From: Octopus vulgaris
Taxonomy: Eukaryota
Length of the DNA stretch: 64,000 bases
Assembly: GCA_951406725.2 (NCBI GenBank)
Contig: OX597828.1
Span: forward strand, 56,978,001 to 57,042,000
Direction of reading: 5' to 3'
How positions within the stretch are numbered: the stretch's first letter is position 1; each line of letters starts with the position of its first letter. The notes under the pieces were generated by a model that searched no databases, was not told where the DNA came from, and was given only the letters and a program-made list of their open reading frames with translations. The position numbers and the translations under genes were made by a program. Positions 12,857-26,817 of this stretch are shown here, in pieces.

Positions 12857-13222
12857 TATGTGTCAGTGTGTGCATGTTTATACACCACTGATTGCCTCGA
12901 CAGAAAAAAAAACACAAAGAAGACAGTGAAATAATCTTTTATCAGCACAGAAGTCATCAATAAAGTTAAGAAGATGATTCTGGATAATCAGCAATTTCAA
13001 TAGGTTATATGTTATTCATTGAATTATTTTTAGCCAATATATCTGTTCAGGAATTGGCTCACAATAACATTTCTCTGAAGACTTACTGAAGAAGTTGTCC
13101 GAACAAATAATTATAGAAATACAAGCTAAAAGTGCAAAAGATCGACTTGTATTAGTTTTATAACTTGAACTGCTTGTCTTATAATACATACAATTATATA
13201 TACGTAAGTGTGTGTGTGAGTG

Positions 13223-13264
<42 letters not shown>

Positions 13265-13632
13265 ATCTTCTTAAACTTTTAAAACTTTTTGATAGTTTAT
13301 AAAAAATTAAAAAATAAATAAATATAAAAAATAAAAATTTAAAAATAAAATTAAAAATAAATAAATAAATAAAAATATAAATAAAAATAAAAAAAAAATA
13401 AATAATTAAATAAAATAAATATATATATATATATATTTATAATTTATAAGTTTAGATTATTAATTTAAATAATTTTTTAAAATTTTAACTTTAATTTAGA
13501 TATTTTAATTGGATTTTTATATTTTATATTTTATATTTTTTATATATTTTTTAATTAATTTTATTTCTATGTATTGGCTTATGCTTTTCACTGTTTGATT
13601 TGCCTAGTAGTGGTTTTATCTCCAATTTAATA

Positions 13633-13683
<51 letters not shown>

Positions 13684-13711
13684 CTAGCTAGCTAGATAGA
13701 TAGATAGATAC

Positions 13712-13807
<96 letters not shown>

Positions 13808-14189
13808 GTACTGCAAATTTAGGGTGAATACTTGACAAGTGTAAGCACCTGACAGCTAGTTGCAGAGGTGAGAAGGAATATATCAAATACAACCAAAAAC
13901 AGAACACAAAGGATGTCGCGGTACACGCGTTTCAAACTTTATAAACGACCTGTTCTTACATCAGTGTATAATAGATATAAAAGATGGTTTAAAGTTCTCT
14001 TCAGCCGCATGCATTCCAAAGAGTCACATCTCACTATAAAAATATTAAAAATACATGTAGTATTACCCATAATAATAGGTATATCATATCTCCCTGAGAA
14101 AGTGTATTTGTAAAATTTCATAACTAAATAGGCGTATAGGGGATCATTGGATTTCGAAAATATGTCCATACTGTAATTCCAGTCAACAT

Positions 14190-15170
14190 ATAGTGAATGT
14201 TAAATAGATTTGAATGGGTTCATTCTTCTTGTAAGGAAATAAAAAGAAGGAAAAAGAACATGGAGAGGAAAAACATAGATAGAAAGAATAGAGAGAAAAA
14301 AGAAAATAGAAAAGAAAAAATGCTTAAATAGTCTTGACTATTAGTTCTGTCTTCAAAGGAAAATATTTTGCCGGCGGATTTCCAAGATATATCCACCCAG
14401 ATCATCACTGATCCGACTCCATCCTTAATAGTTGGAAGAAAGCAGTCTTTGTCAAATGCTTCTTTTGGTTGTCTCCACCCGTATACTCGGCCAGTGATTG
14501 GAAATAAGGTAAAGGATAACTTGTCCGAGAAAATAGCGTTCTTTCCACTGTTCTCTGGACCAATTCTGTAGGTATTTACGCCACTCTAAACGCTGTGCAA
14601 CGTTTGTTTTTGAAAGTATTGGTTTTCTCATTGGAGCCCTCTCGTGAAATCCGGCTTCGTACAGCTCCCGCCGAACAGTTCTTGTGGCAACTGGTTTCTT
14701 GAGGTGGTCATTAATATCTGCAGTAAGTTTGGGAACTGTAGTTTTGTGATCATTTCTAAGAATTCGCGTAAGATACCGACGGTCCCTGTCTGAGAGTCTG
14801 GGTTTTCTTCTGAAGTTTTGTTTCGACGTGGAGGTTTTCTTCCTTCTTTCTCAAAGCCTGCCATTACTTTCAAGATAGTACTTCTTTATGTACCAAATAT
14901 GTCAGCTGTTTTCGTTACACCAGCGCCTGCCGTACGGACACCAACAATTTGACCTCTTTGAAAGTCCGATAGTCTGTCATTTTAAGGGATTTTAATTAAC
15001 CTTTTTTGATGATAACTGAAAAGAAAAAACAAATTTAGTAAAACATATTAAGCAACACTAATATTAAATAAAAAAAACATAAAAATAAACAATCTTTTGT
15101 CAGGTCTATAGATATTTCTGAATTATGATGCTATGATGCTATGTTTTCCCACTACTTTGTCAAAACCATG

Positions 15171-15172
<2 letters not shown>
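14190..15172 (-). mobile_element. Decayed Tc1-like transposon
   Basis: RGQIVG..AGAGVTKTA, IFSDKLSFTLF..GRVYGWRQPKE, MIWVDISW motifs. Confidence 0.75.
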
Positions 15173-15217
<45 letters not shown>

Positions 15218-15559
15218 AGATCCTAGAAGACACACAGAGACAGACAGAACGGATTTAATATAATATATATATATACACACACACATATATATATATATAC
15301 ATATGTATGTATGTATGTTTTATGTATGTGTGTGTATTTATATGGATGCTGTTGTGTTTATGTATCCGTAAATTAGCTGTTCGACACGAGAGAATGACAG
15401 AATAAGTACTAGGCTTACAGAGAATTAGTCCGGGGTTCGATTAGCGCGACTAAAGGCTGTGCTCCAGCATGGCCACAGTCAAATGACTGCAACAAATAAA
15501 AGATAAATTATAAAAATAGATATATAAATAATAAGTAAATAAATAAATATATAATTAGA

Positions 15560-15597
<38 letters not shown>

Positions 15598-16217
15598 CCT
15601 GCTCGCTTAGCCAGCGGGGTAGCGTCATTTGAAGGCTAAAACAATGCGAAGCGTATTGTGACCAGTGATGCCTAGCAGCATCTGATAGCCTGGTCAGTCA
15701 TGTGATCATGTGTGATATATATATATATAGAGATAAATAAATAAATAGATATGTCTGACAATATAAGAAATAGAAATAAATAAAATATAAATAATAAATA
15801 AATAAATCCATATAAAGGGTATGGATAAAAACAACATACGAAGCGACCTCATACGCACACAAACACATACACGCAAAAAAAATTTCACGGATGACCATAA
15901 CAATATCAACAAGGATAGCAATAATAACAACCACAAGTATCACGATGGAAAGAGTAGGGCGAACACAGAGACACAGAGAGATACAGGAACTGTACCAAAT
16001 TTTCGCGACATCAGCAGCACAGGGGAGCACAGGGGAGTGAGTGAATGGGGCTGAGGGGGAAGGCCATACGGCTGCTAAGAATAGTGATACACGCACAAGC
16101 ATTCACAGAAACACAAACACGGACAGAAAAAAAAAACACATGTGCACATAAGGTCACACATATTAGAAGAACAGAATAGAGTAACTGGAGCAAGAGCACA
16201 CACGAAAAAACAAAATG

Positions 16218-16262
16218 TGTCGCTGATGAGGTCACTGATGTGTGACGAAAGATTTTCTGACA
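16218..16262 (+). ncRNA. Type I minimal hammerhead ribozyme
   Basis: Stem I UGUCG/UGACA; core CUGAUGA (16223-29); stem II GUCAC/GUGAC; GAAA (16247-50); short weak stem III; UUC cleavage triplet. Confidence 0.7.
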
Positions 16263-16597
16263 ATGAACACGGGCAATAATTTAAAAAAATAAGAAGCCTA
16301 GTTTCAGTCGGCAGAATATGAAGCATGCCGAAACGAACTTTGAAAAGCTAATATCGATACTTAGATATCTATATAGGGTATTAATTTTTTACAAATGTAT
16401 TACCAGTGACCTAGCATGTATAAAAAGTTAATAGACGACGTATTATTCAATATAAAATAGTGTACATTTAAACACAAAGAGAAATTTACCTATAACAGGT
16501 AATTCCTGCACGCTAGGAGACAGTCAAAACTGAATACCACAAAAAATTTAAGAAATTTCAAATGGAATGAAAAATGAAAACGTTTACCTTGTTTTTA

Positions 16598-16680
16598 CGG
16601 TTATACCTATAGGTTTCGGATTTTTTTAGTAAATAAAATAAAATAATTTAATTTACCAGTCAAATACTCTTCAGTAACCG
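16598..16680 (-). ncRNA. Type I hammerhead ribozyme
   Basis: Stem I CGGUUA/UAACCG; CUGAAGA; AT-rich stem II with one mismatch; GAAA; palindromic stem III ACCUAUAGGU; GUA triplet. Confidence 0.8.
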
Positions 16681-16899
16681 AGCCATCCAAGACTAACTTA
16701 TAATTATGAGACCGATAGCATGTATCTCTATATGTTATAATTTTTTCAAAATCCACCATGGAATCTATTCACAAATATCAACAAACAGAAATGAAGCTAT
16801 AGCAAATCATGTTGAATCCCGCACGGCACGTCCAAAACCACCCGGATCAGGGGCAGTGATCTGGCCTAGAACGGTCGTTATTTCACAACAGATCACATA

Positions 16900-19040
16900 C
16901 ATGGTTGCGCAAAAACAGGCATAAGTGGGTAAAGGAAGAGTATGATACAATTATTGAAATATCATGAAAGAGCAAAGCTGGGAAGAAATCGCAGAGTAGG
17001 CCAATGTACATTGAAATTTTGGATGGAAAAGAACATGCATCCAATGTCAGAAAATGAACTAATTAACCAGGAGGAAGGTTTACTTGACTGGAATTGAAAT
17101 ATTTCGGATTAGTGAGTTTGAGAGCTGCCGCGGATGGGTTACAAAGGATGATCTGAGTTGAAAACAGAGAGGTAGGAGTTGAAAGCAAGAAGAGTAGTAG
17201 TCAGGTGGAACAGGGAAATGGTGATGGGGCAGTTAAGGATGAGGAAAAGGCTCGTTATACAGTGAACTCTGACACCGTGGTGGATGGACATGTAGGGGAA
17301 ATGAACCAACTAGATAATGAAATGCTTGAAATTCAAAGACGACTCACCGACTTGAATGATCCAGAAAAAAAGTTTAGATAGGAGTATCATAAATAAAGTA
17401 ACACAAATTATAAATAGTCATACCATATATCCAGACGGAGGACATGTCACAAACAAGGAATCTTTGAGTTATTGCACTACTTGCTGAGAAGAAATTACAA
17501 CTTCAGAGAGCAAAAAATGGTGGGGCAAAAGAACCATGGTGGAAAAGACGCATTCAAAGGGACATAAAGTTGGCAAGGCAAGATCTGGAGAAAATTGAGA
17601 AACAGTTAAGAGGAAACTAGAAAAATGGGAAAAGGACCGACCGAAAAATTTAGAGAAGAAATATAAAATATAAAGAACGGGTTTGATGCAGTATTCGAGC
17701 AGTTAAAACAGAGGATCATGAAAAAAAGCCAGAACTTTAGAAGATTTGTGAACAGAAAGAAGCAGTTCGAGAAGAACAGATTTTCAAAAATAACCCGAAG
17801 CAATTCTTCCTAACGTTAGGAGGAGACAATGGGGGATAATATTGCTCCTGATGTAAATCAAGCCAAGGAGTTCTGGAGCGGATTATGAAGAAACAATATG
17901 GAGCATAAAAGGGATGCAATGTGCATAGGAACTAGAGATACACTTTCCTGGCTCAGGAAGACATACTACTAAGGAAACAAAACGATGTAGGAAGAGTGCT
18001 CAGGGTACCAAGAATCACCAGGTAATCGATAAAAATAGGTTGAGTTATTGTAAAACACATCATAAAAATCTCTGTAGTTTGGATTGACTTTAAGAAGGCA
18101 TATGATATGGTGCCTCATTCTTGGATCGTTGAACGACTGCAGATGTTTGGTGTTGATGAAGACATCACAATTTTTCTAATGCGGAGCATGAAACAATGGA
18201 AAACCAAATTGTACTGAAGTAATGTATTCCTTGGAAAAGTTAATAGCGGCACCTTCTAAGGTGACTCGTTTTCTCCGTTACTTTTTGTAATTGTATTAAT
18301 ACCCATATAAATGACACTTAGGAAAGTTAAGATGGGTTACTGATGTGGGAAGAAATTCCCATCACTGAACCATCTTATGTTTATGGATAACCTGAAATTG
18401 TTTGGGAAGTCTGAAAAGCAGATAGATTCTTAACCAAAACAGTCCAGAAGTGTGTTTGGGACATCGGAATGGAATTTGGGATTACCAAATGCTCAGTACT
18501 TAATATGAAAAAGAGGGAAGAAAGCATTTTGCAGAGGATTGCGGATATCATCAGGAGAGACAATGGGTGAACCCGATGGTAGTGAGTATAGATATTTAGG
18601 GACTTTGGAGCTTGATGGCATTCTACACAAAGAAATGAAAGTCAAGGTCAGTGAGGCGTATCGAGAAAGGGTAAAGACAGTGTTGAAATTCAACCTGAAT
18701 GCCAAACATTTGATTACCGCAATGAATATCTAGACAGTTGCGGTGGTCAGATATAGTGAGTCCATCCTCAAACGGACTAAGGAGGAAATATCAACACTGA
18801 ATAGATGAACGAGAAAAGTGATGACGCTGCATGGGTGCCAGACCCTAAAGCAAACGTAAACAGACTGTATATGAAAAGAAAGAATGGTAGCAGAAGAATA
18901 ATTATTAAAGACCATTGTATAAGGAGTGAAAGGAGAACGCTTGCCGAGTATTTCATAAACCGTGATGAAGACCTACTGCAATATGCCACGAAAGATATGG
19001 GTGTAAATGCAGATGAAAGTCTATCCAAAAAAGGGTGAAA
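16900..19040 (+). mobile_element. Decayed R4/Dong-like non-LTR retrotransposon (RT region)
   Basis: PWWKRRI, WIDFKKAYDMVPHSWI, GDSFSPLLF, HLMFMDNLKLFG, YRYLG, ANVNRLYMKRKNG, with many stops and frameshifts. Confidence 0.75.
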
Positions 19041-19059
19041 TGAGTTCCCGAGAATGGAG

Positions 19060-19642
19060 AGAAGAGCAGATGTCAACTCGGGATTTGCGATTCCTTTCCG
19101 ACAATTCATGAGACACCCATTTTCCAAGTTTAGGGAAGTTACCAAGTGGTTGAAGAAGATGATGAACAGTTGCATGGTTTGAACTAAGGTCTCTATTGTC
19201 AATTCTCCAACTTATAATGTAGGATTTTCTTCACATAATACCTCAAGGTGCTTATCATCAAACTCAACTGGACGTCCTGTTCGATCTTCATCTTCAAGTG
19301 TGAAATCTCCACTTCTGAATTTTGCAAGCCATCTTCTGCAGGTTCTTTCATTCAAGCATTCTTTCCCATAAACTGAGTGTATGTTTCGAGTCGTTCCGGC
19401 TGCAGAGTTTCCTTTTTTGTACTCATAAAGCATTATGTGCCTTAAATGCTCTTTGGATACTTCCATGTTAGAAGCGGTTTAATCAAAGAAATTTTATAAT
19501 TCTGTAAAATAATATTTAATTAGTTTAAATGTAAACAAATGCAGAAAATAACTTTTAATTCCATTAGACATTCCGAAAAGCTATTAAATGTCCTTCAATT
19601 TTAAAAAAGGTGAACTCGGACAGAACTTAAAGGATGACCTGA
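19060..19642 (-). mobile_element. Mariner 5' fragment
   Basis: MEVSKEHLRHIMLYEYKKGNSAA..CRRWLAKFRSGDFTLEDEDRTGRP. TIR-like end TCAGGTCATCCTTTAAGTTC next to TA. Confidence 0.8.
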
Positions 19643-21361
19643 TATATTGAGGCCAGAAATTCTATATATATCTTCATTTTCCTTTCTAAGTGAAATGTGG
19701 AAAAAAATCGATGAGAACTTGGGGAAACAGGAGGATATCTGTCTTCAGTAGCTTTTCTTACCTCAACTACACAACTTTCCTCTTCAAAGCCACCACACTG
19801 ATAAGACAACTGCCCACACATCTTGGTCAAACAAATTTCCCGACAAGCAACTCGAACCTGAAAACACACTATCTGATAAACTCTAAACCACACTACTGAT
19901 ATGTTTATGGAATTCAGCTTTTAAATAGGCAGAAATTCTAAGCTAAAGAAATAATGCGCAACCGAGAAATGAGTACTTATCGAAAGTAATATAATGAAAC
20001 ATTTTCTATAAGTGTGCTTAAGATATTTTGCCGAATAGCATCAAGTTTGCTTTAGATTCTTCAAGAAATGTGCATTTACTTGCATCTTCAGAGAAAAATA
20101 CTTTTATATATCTCTCTTTTACGCTTTTATTTGTGTCAGTCATTTGACTGTGGCCACTCTCTTTCTTTCTTTCTTTCTTTCTTTTTTTCAGACATTCATT
20201 CGTTCTTTCTTTCTTATCTTTTTTGTTTGTTTACTTCTTGTTTGCTTCTTTGCAAGAGAAAGAGAGAGAGAGAGAGGATGTGAGAGAGAAAGAAAGAAAG
20301 GAAAAGAGAGAACGTGAGAAAGAAAGAAAGAAAGAAAAAAGAGAGAGATCATATGTTTATAAAGAAGTGACAGTATTTGTAGATGCATATTAAGAAATGC
20401 ATGAACGTCACGCATTCTTGTCCCTCTCAATCCCAAATCGTTGATTCGTGTTTGGATAAAACACCAATATGTGTCCAAAGCGTTATGAAAAAGAAACGAT
20501 GATGACATAACAGAATATCAGGCTAAATATATTCCAATGTCTGGGTTTTTTCGTTTTACTTACCGAATTGTAGTCCCACCGTGGGTCAGTGGAGTCTTTT
20601 CATTTCAGAGGGTCCGAGAAAACCATTACAGTTGTTGCTGTTGTTCTTTTACTCCATATTATAGCTGACTGAACTGATCTCGTAAAAGGATTTGTATTAA
20701 AAGAGCCGTTTTTGTTCTTATTGAGTGTTTAAGAAGGAAAGCTAGCGGAATCGTTAGCGTGCCGGAGAAAATGCTAAGTGGCATTTCGTCCGTCTTCACG
20801 ATCTCAATTCAAAATCTGTCGATGTCGACTTTGCCTTTCATCTTTTCGGTCGATAATATAAATCAACACCAGTACTTCTTCTATCGATCTCTTTTGACGT
20901 ATACACACCAGCATCGGTTGTCAAGCGATGTTGGGGGGACAAACATAGACGCAAAAACATAAAACACACATACATATATATATACATATATACGACGAGC
21001 CTCTTTCAGTTTCCGTCTACCAAATCCATTCACAAGGCTTTGGTCGGGCCGAAGCTATAGTAGAAGACACTTGCTCAAGGTGCCACGCAGTTGGACTGAA
21101 CCCGGAACTATGTGGTTGGTAAGCACGCTACTTACCGCACAGCCATTCCTGCGCCTATAAAAACAAGCAACGTTATCATCGAGCGTGATTCGAACCCAGT
21201 ACTTAAAGGAGCGTTAATAAATACAGGAAGGTAGTTTCACCGTTGCTCGCTCATGATTTTTGCCAACCTACTACATTATCTAATCGCTAACAGTTCATAT
21301 ACACACCCACCCACATACACACACATACACACAAACATACACACACACACACACACACACG

Positions 21362-21411
<50 letters not shown>

Positions 21412-21844
21412 CTTTTATTCTATTCTTCTATTGCGTCAGACATTTGAGTGCGACCACGCTGCAGCACCTCATTGAAGGGTGTTTTTAGTCTACTACTTGT
21501 TCTATCCCACTCTTATGCCGAACCGCTATGTCATGGGGAAATAAACACACCAACACCGGTTGTTAAGCGGTGATGTGGTAGAATAAAGACAGAAACAAAG
21601 ACTCGTGAACACACGGATATGTGTGTGTGTGTGTGTGTGTGTTCGATGGGCTTCTTTAAGTTTCCGTCTATCAAATCCACTCATAATGCTCTGAGCGGGT
21701 GAGCCTACAGTAAAAGTCACATTCCCAGGTACTGCTCGACCCGGAAACATGTCGTTGACAACCAAGCGTCTTACCACACAGCTACGCATCATACACTTAC
21801 ACACTTACACGCACGCACAGACATATAGATAGATAGACATATAG

Positions 21845-22036
<192 letters not shown>

Positions 22037-22989
22037 AGAGAGAGCGGAGAGAGAGAAAGTGCCATGGAGACAAAGATACGTGTAGATAGACATTAATTAA
22101 AATCAATTATATTTCTTTTATTTTATATTATATCTTCAAGGACTGTTAAGAAATATTTCCCGTTATGAAATATAAATACTTCAAAATCTTTCTTTAGCAT
22201 CGAATTTCCAAGTGATTTTCTTGTATTCTTTGCAGACAAAGAAAGAAACAATATCAAAAGTAGTGAAAGATAAAGCATTAATACAAATGTATAGTCACCA
22301 AAAGCAACACTCAAATATAGACTGAATTACCTCTTAACATGTGATAAAAGTAGGAATAACAAAAATTAAACTGAAAACATTCAAAGATTTTTAGAAGTTG
22401 TATGCATGTTCTTACCCGTTCATTGCAAATAAAAGTGGAATTCAATGGCTGGACGTGAAAATGACTTAGGTAATTTAAGATTACGACATAACTTACATCA
22501 AAACTTTAGTATTTTGATTGTGAAATACTTGTAGAAAATATATCTATAAAGGCTATCTCTAAGCCGGCATAAATTCGTGTTGCAGCATCTACGTCAAACA
22601 TGTTAAATCATGTCAGACAACAAGCGAAAGAAAAAGGATAGCGGATTGGAAATGGCGATCACTTCTCAGAACACAACAATGCCATTTGTGATGATGCGAC
22701 GGTGGATTAAATATTCAGGCGGGTAAATTTTAACTATTACAGCAATCCCTCGACCATCGAGGGTGCTACGTTCCCCCCGCCCCACGCAATAGGTGAAAAT
22801 TCTTGTAGTAGAAACAGTACATTTACTGTATATTTTACTTTATTTCTTTTATATAATGCATATATTTATTTTATTATGAATGCAAAACAACACCACACAG
22901 TAAAGGGCGTAAGCTTAAACAGCGATAGGTGAACTGCGATATGGAGAGGATTACTGGACAGGTTGGGGCAGACGTAACTCCCTTTTTTA

Positions 22990-23524
22990 TTTGTATAATT
23001 TTTATAGTTTTCTACTTTCAACAAGATAGTGCAACATCTCACTATGGTTAAAACCTTTCAAGAACGGTTAAAACTTAATTTTGAGGTGAGCTGTATAGGA
23101 CCACGTTGAGCGATTATGTGGTCATCACGATCATCAGACCCAACATTATCTGACTTTTTTCTTGTGGGTGTATTGAAAGATCTCGTTTACTCCCTGAAAC
23201 CGAAATCAATTCATGAATTAAAACTAGCAATTTCTGATAAATGTTCTGAAATTAACGTTGAAATGTGTCAAAGTCTTTGTAGAAGTGTTGCTTGGAGTGT
23301 TCAGCGTTGTACTGAAAACGCAGGCGAGCGTTTTGAACATGTTAATTAAATTTTTTATGAATTAGGACTTTCAGGGAGCATAGTGCAATTAATTTTCATT
23401 GCTTCTTTTCATTTCTTTTACCACCCTAATAATTTTTTGTACAATAAAAAATTACTAAATACACGAAAAGGTTGCACTATAAAAATTACTTAAAAACAAG
23501 GGCATGAATTATGCCGCACGCCGT
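22990..23524 (+). mobile_element. Tc1/mariner 3' fragment
   Basis: FQQDSATSH and WSSRSSDPTLSDFFLVGVLKDLVY (WPPRSPDL-like). Confidence 0.7.
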
Positions 23525-25581
23525 AAAATAATTCGTATGTGCTCTCTTAAACCGAAGTATAATTGGTGTAATCAGCTTATTCGAAAAAGCCGTTACGCCG
23601 CAAATTCTTTTCCTAGTCAATTCAAATGTATATATCAGTTCTTAAAAATCGTAAGAATATAAAGATTCTCCAGATGGCTAGATCCGTACTGAAGTGCATG
23701 ACAGCAAGAAATTTTGTCATATTAGTGAAGGTCATTGTTATTAACTGGTCTATTAGGAACATCCCCCAAAGAATCTTTAATTATAGATCTCAGAATATAT
23801 GTCCCTAGAAAAATAGATGCCTGGAAAACCATTAATGCAGATGGTTAGCATTAGGATTTAAACAGATCAATAAAAGCCTACATTGAATGATGGGAAACAC
23901 CTTCAAAGAGATATGTGCACAACAGCCACTGTCGTCCAGAGACAAAAAGTAAAAGTCACGCATATGTTTATCGATTAAGGTCCAGGCACTTAAAGAAAGG
24001 AATGTGAATAACTCCTGTACAATTTGCAGCCTCATAGGAGCAACAAATGTGAACCCGGTAATTACCGAAAATAATAAATATTAGATCATCAACAGTGGAC
24101 GTTTTACACACCAGAAAAGAAATATTCCCTCTTACGTGCAAAAGTATCATCTCATATTTCGAAATTTCAAGCATGACCCCATTACCTTACCCACCATGCC
24201 ACCCCTTCAACCTAGTTGATTTGTGTTGCTTTAGATTGAGCATATGTGCATTCTGCATTACTTGTATACTATGCATTAAAGACATAGACTGGCTTGATAT
24301 TATACCGGACTTACAACACAAATATGCCTAACACATATTCATGACATCATACGATTCACAGAAGAAAATATGTTCATGAAGCTATGAACTTACAATTTCA
24401 TGGATGAAGTTTGGAATAAAAGAATTTATGAAATCTCATAAGTTTGTGCACTTGCTCAAATAAGTATATAACGCATGATGCAGATGTGCAAGTGTTTGTG
24501 TCTATCAGTGTGTGTGTATGTATGAGTGTGTAGCTATGTAAATGAACGTGATGGTCTCCAGTAATATACGGGTTCGCTGGAGATGGTTATGTGTAACTCT
24601 CGCGTCTAATTGAGCCGTTTATTTTAACCGAGGCGTTAATGATGTAGTATTCTTCTACATATCTTCTTAAATACCACCTTTAAAACATCAGTCTTCGTCC
24701 AGATCGTCATAATTAAAAGCATAGACTATTCTAGCAAAGTAATTTTTCCAATGTTAGCGCTTAAAAAAATGCGATGGGAATTAGATTACAAAATTTACTG
24801 ACTCGTTTGTTGGTCATATTTGCTTGTCCTCTGACAGTTTTTTCCAGTAGCTTTTCTTGTTCTCAGTCTTCCTGGAGTATTTTTTCTCTGTTTTCGGCAT
24901 TGTGGACGGTTCTGTTTACTTCAAATTTATTCATATTTAGTGTGATGTTAATTTGTGTTGGTGTATCTTTTTGAAACAAACTCCCTCCTAAAGTATCTGG
25001 GAAAACTGAATACGTTTTTGAACTACCAGTAATATTTTAGGAGAAATTTAAGCAGGATAACGTGGTTAATTTTAATTGATTGATATAAAATGAAAAGAAA
25101 ACTCGGAAACTAAGCAGATGTTAATGTGTATATTCATTTTTGTAGAGACCCTATGTATACTTGCTCACGCAAACACACACACACACACACGTACATACAC
25201 ACACGCACGCGCGCACATACACACACACAATCCACTTTATGCACCTCTATGCAGCTCCGCTTGCCCTGTTTCATTCTTTGAGCATGAGTTTTATTCCCAG
25301 AATTTATATAATAGTAATCTTCCAGTACACCACACAGTGGGATCGAATCACGGACCTCGTAGTTATCGGAAAACTCTTTTGTTATTCGTATATACCGCCT
25401 ACAATTTATGCATGTAATTATTAAGATTAAATACACACCGGCAGCTACAATTAATGCGTGTATGTACATGCATGTGTGTGCGTTTGTGTGTGTGCTTGTG
25501 CCTCTGTGTGTGTATGCGGGTTTGTTTGAGCGTGTAAATATACATTATATATAAAGGCGAGTAAAACGGAAAGTCATATTT

Positions 25582-25660
<79 letters not shown>

Positions 25661-26339
25661 AGACAAATGTAAATGATATACGTATACTACACTCATATAT
25701 ATATATTTATATGTGTATACACATATATATAAATCTATAAGAATATATTTATGCACATTGACAGACGTACACGCGTCTATATAGCTGTATGATTATATGT
25801 GTAACTATAAATGATCACACCCACGAACACACTTTTGCATACACTTAAACCCATATAGATTCAGTTGATGCTGTCTTCCTTTATTTCCCTCTTAATAACT
25901 CTTAATTGGATGACAAGTCAATTCAAAAGTAAAAGAGACATTCGCTTATAGCCTACCTTGTTGTTAAGAAAGATCTTTACTCATTGCTTATTCTCCAGCA
26001 TTAGGGTGTGTTACCTAAATGGATATCGCTTGCATTAAATAGTTATGGTTAGGTAACTGGCCTAACTATCTTTCCATAAAAGGCTGGTTTATTTGATTTG
26101 TGGCCTAAACTCCATATTTCATTAGGGACAAATGATGGAGATCTATTTACATAGCTCTCAAGCAATCCATTAAAATCCAGTGATATAGATTTGCAATTCA
26201 ATTACGAGATATATAAAAGTGCACTCACCAACATCTAGCTTTATATGTGTGTGTGTTTTTCTGAGTGCAATTATGAATAAATATATGTTTGTACGTATGT
26301 GTTATGATATGTGTGTGTGTTTATGTATGCGTGTGTGTT

Positions 26340-26374
<35 letters not shown>

Positions 26375-26451
26375 GTGTATGTGTGTGTGTGTGTGAGTGT
26401 GTGTCTCTGTGTGGGATAAATCATTATTTCCTCAGAAGCATTTCCTTCAGA

Positions 26452-26458
26452 TATAAAT
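26452..26458 (+). promoter_or_regulatory. Candidate TATA box for gene 2
   Basis: TATAAAT about 160 nt upstream of the putative 5'UTR donor. The AT-rich background lowers specificity. Confidence 0.25.
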
Positions 26459-26615
26459 ATCTCCTATTATATGTCAACGACATTTATTTCGCGTATTCCA
26501 ATGAGACGTTTTAAAAAATATTTCATTCGCAAATCCCAACTTATGACTGAAGTTTGCTGTTAGTGTCTGTCCTGATTTGCCACTCAGCAATTTATGCTTG
26601 AATGGAATATAACAA

Positions 26616-26775
26616 GTGAGTAAGTAATATGACAATATTATGTATTACACATTACACGATTTGTACATCATATCCAGCTATTTTGCGTTTTAAATAAGAA
26701 TGAAAATTTGCATAATTTACATATTTCCCTGACATTAAATTCTAATGTCGAACACCTCGATAAACTGCTTTGTAG
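26616..26775 (+). other. Putative 5'UTR intron of gene 2
   Basis: Donor AA|GTGAGT at 26616 (alternative GTAAGT at 26620) and acceptor CTGCTTTGTAG ending 26775, 42 nt before the ATG. Confidence 0.5.
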
Positions 26776-26817
26776 CCGGAATATTATAGTACCGTAAACA
26801 CGTAACATTGTAAAAAT

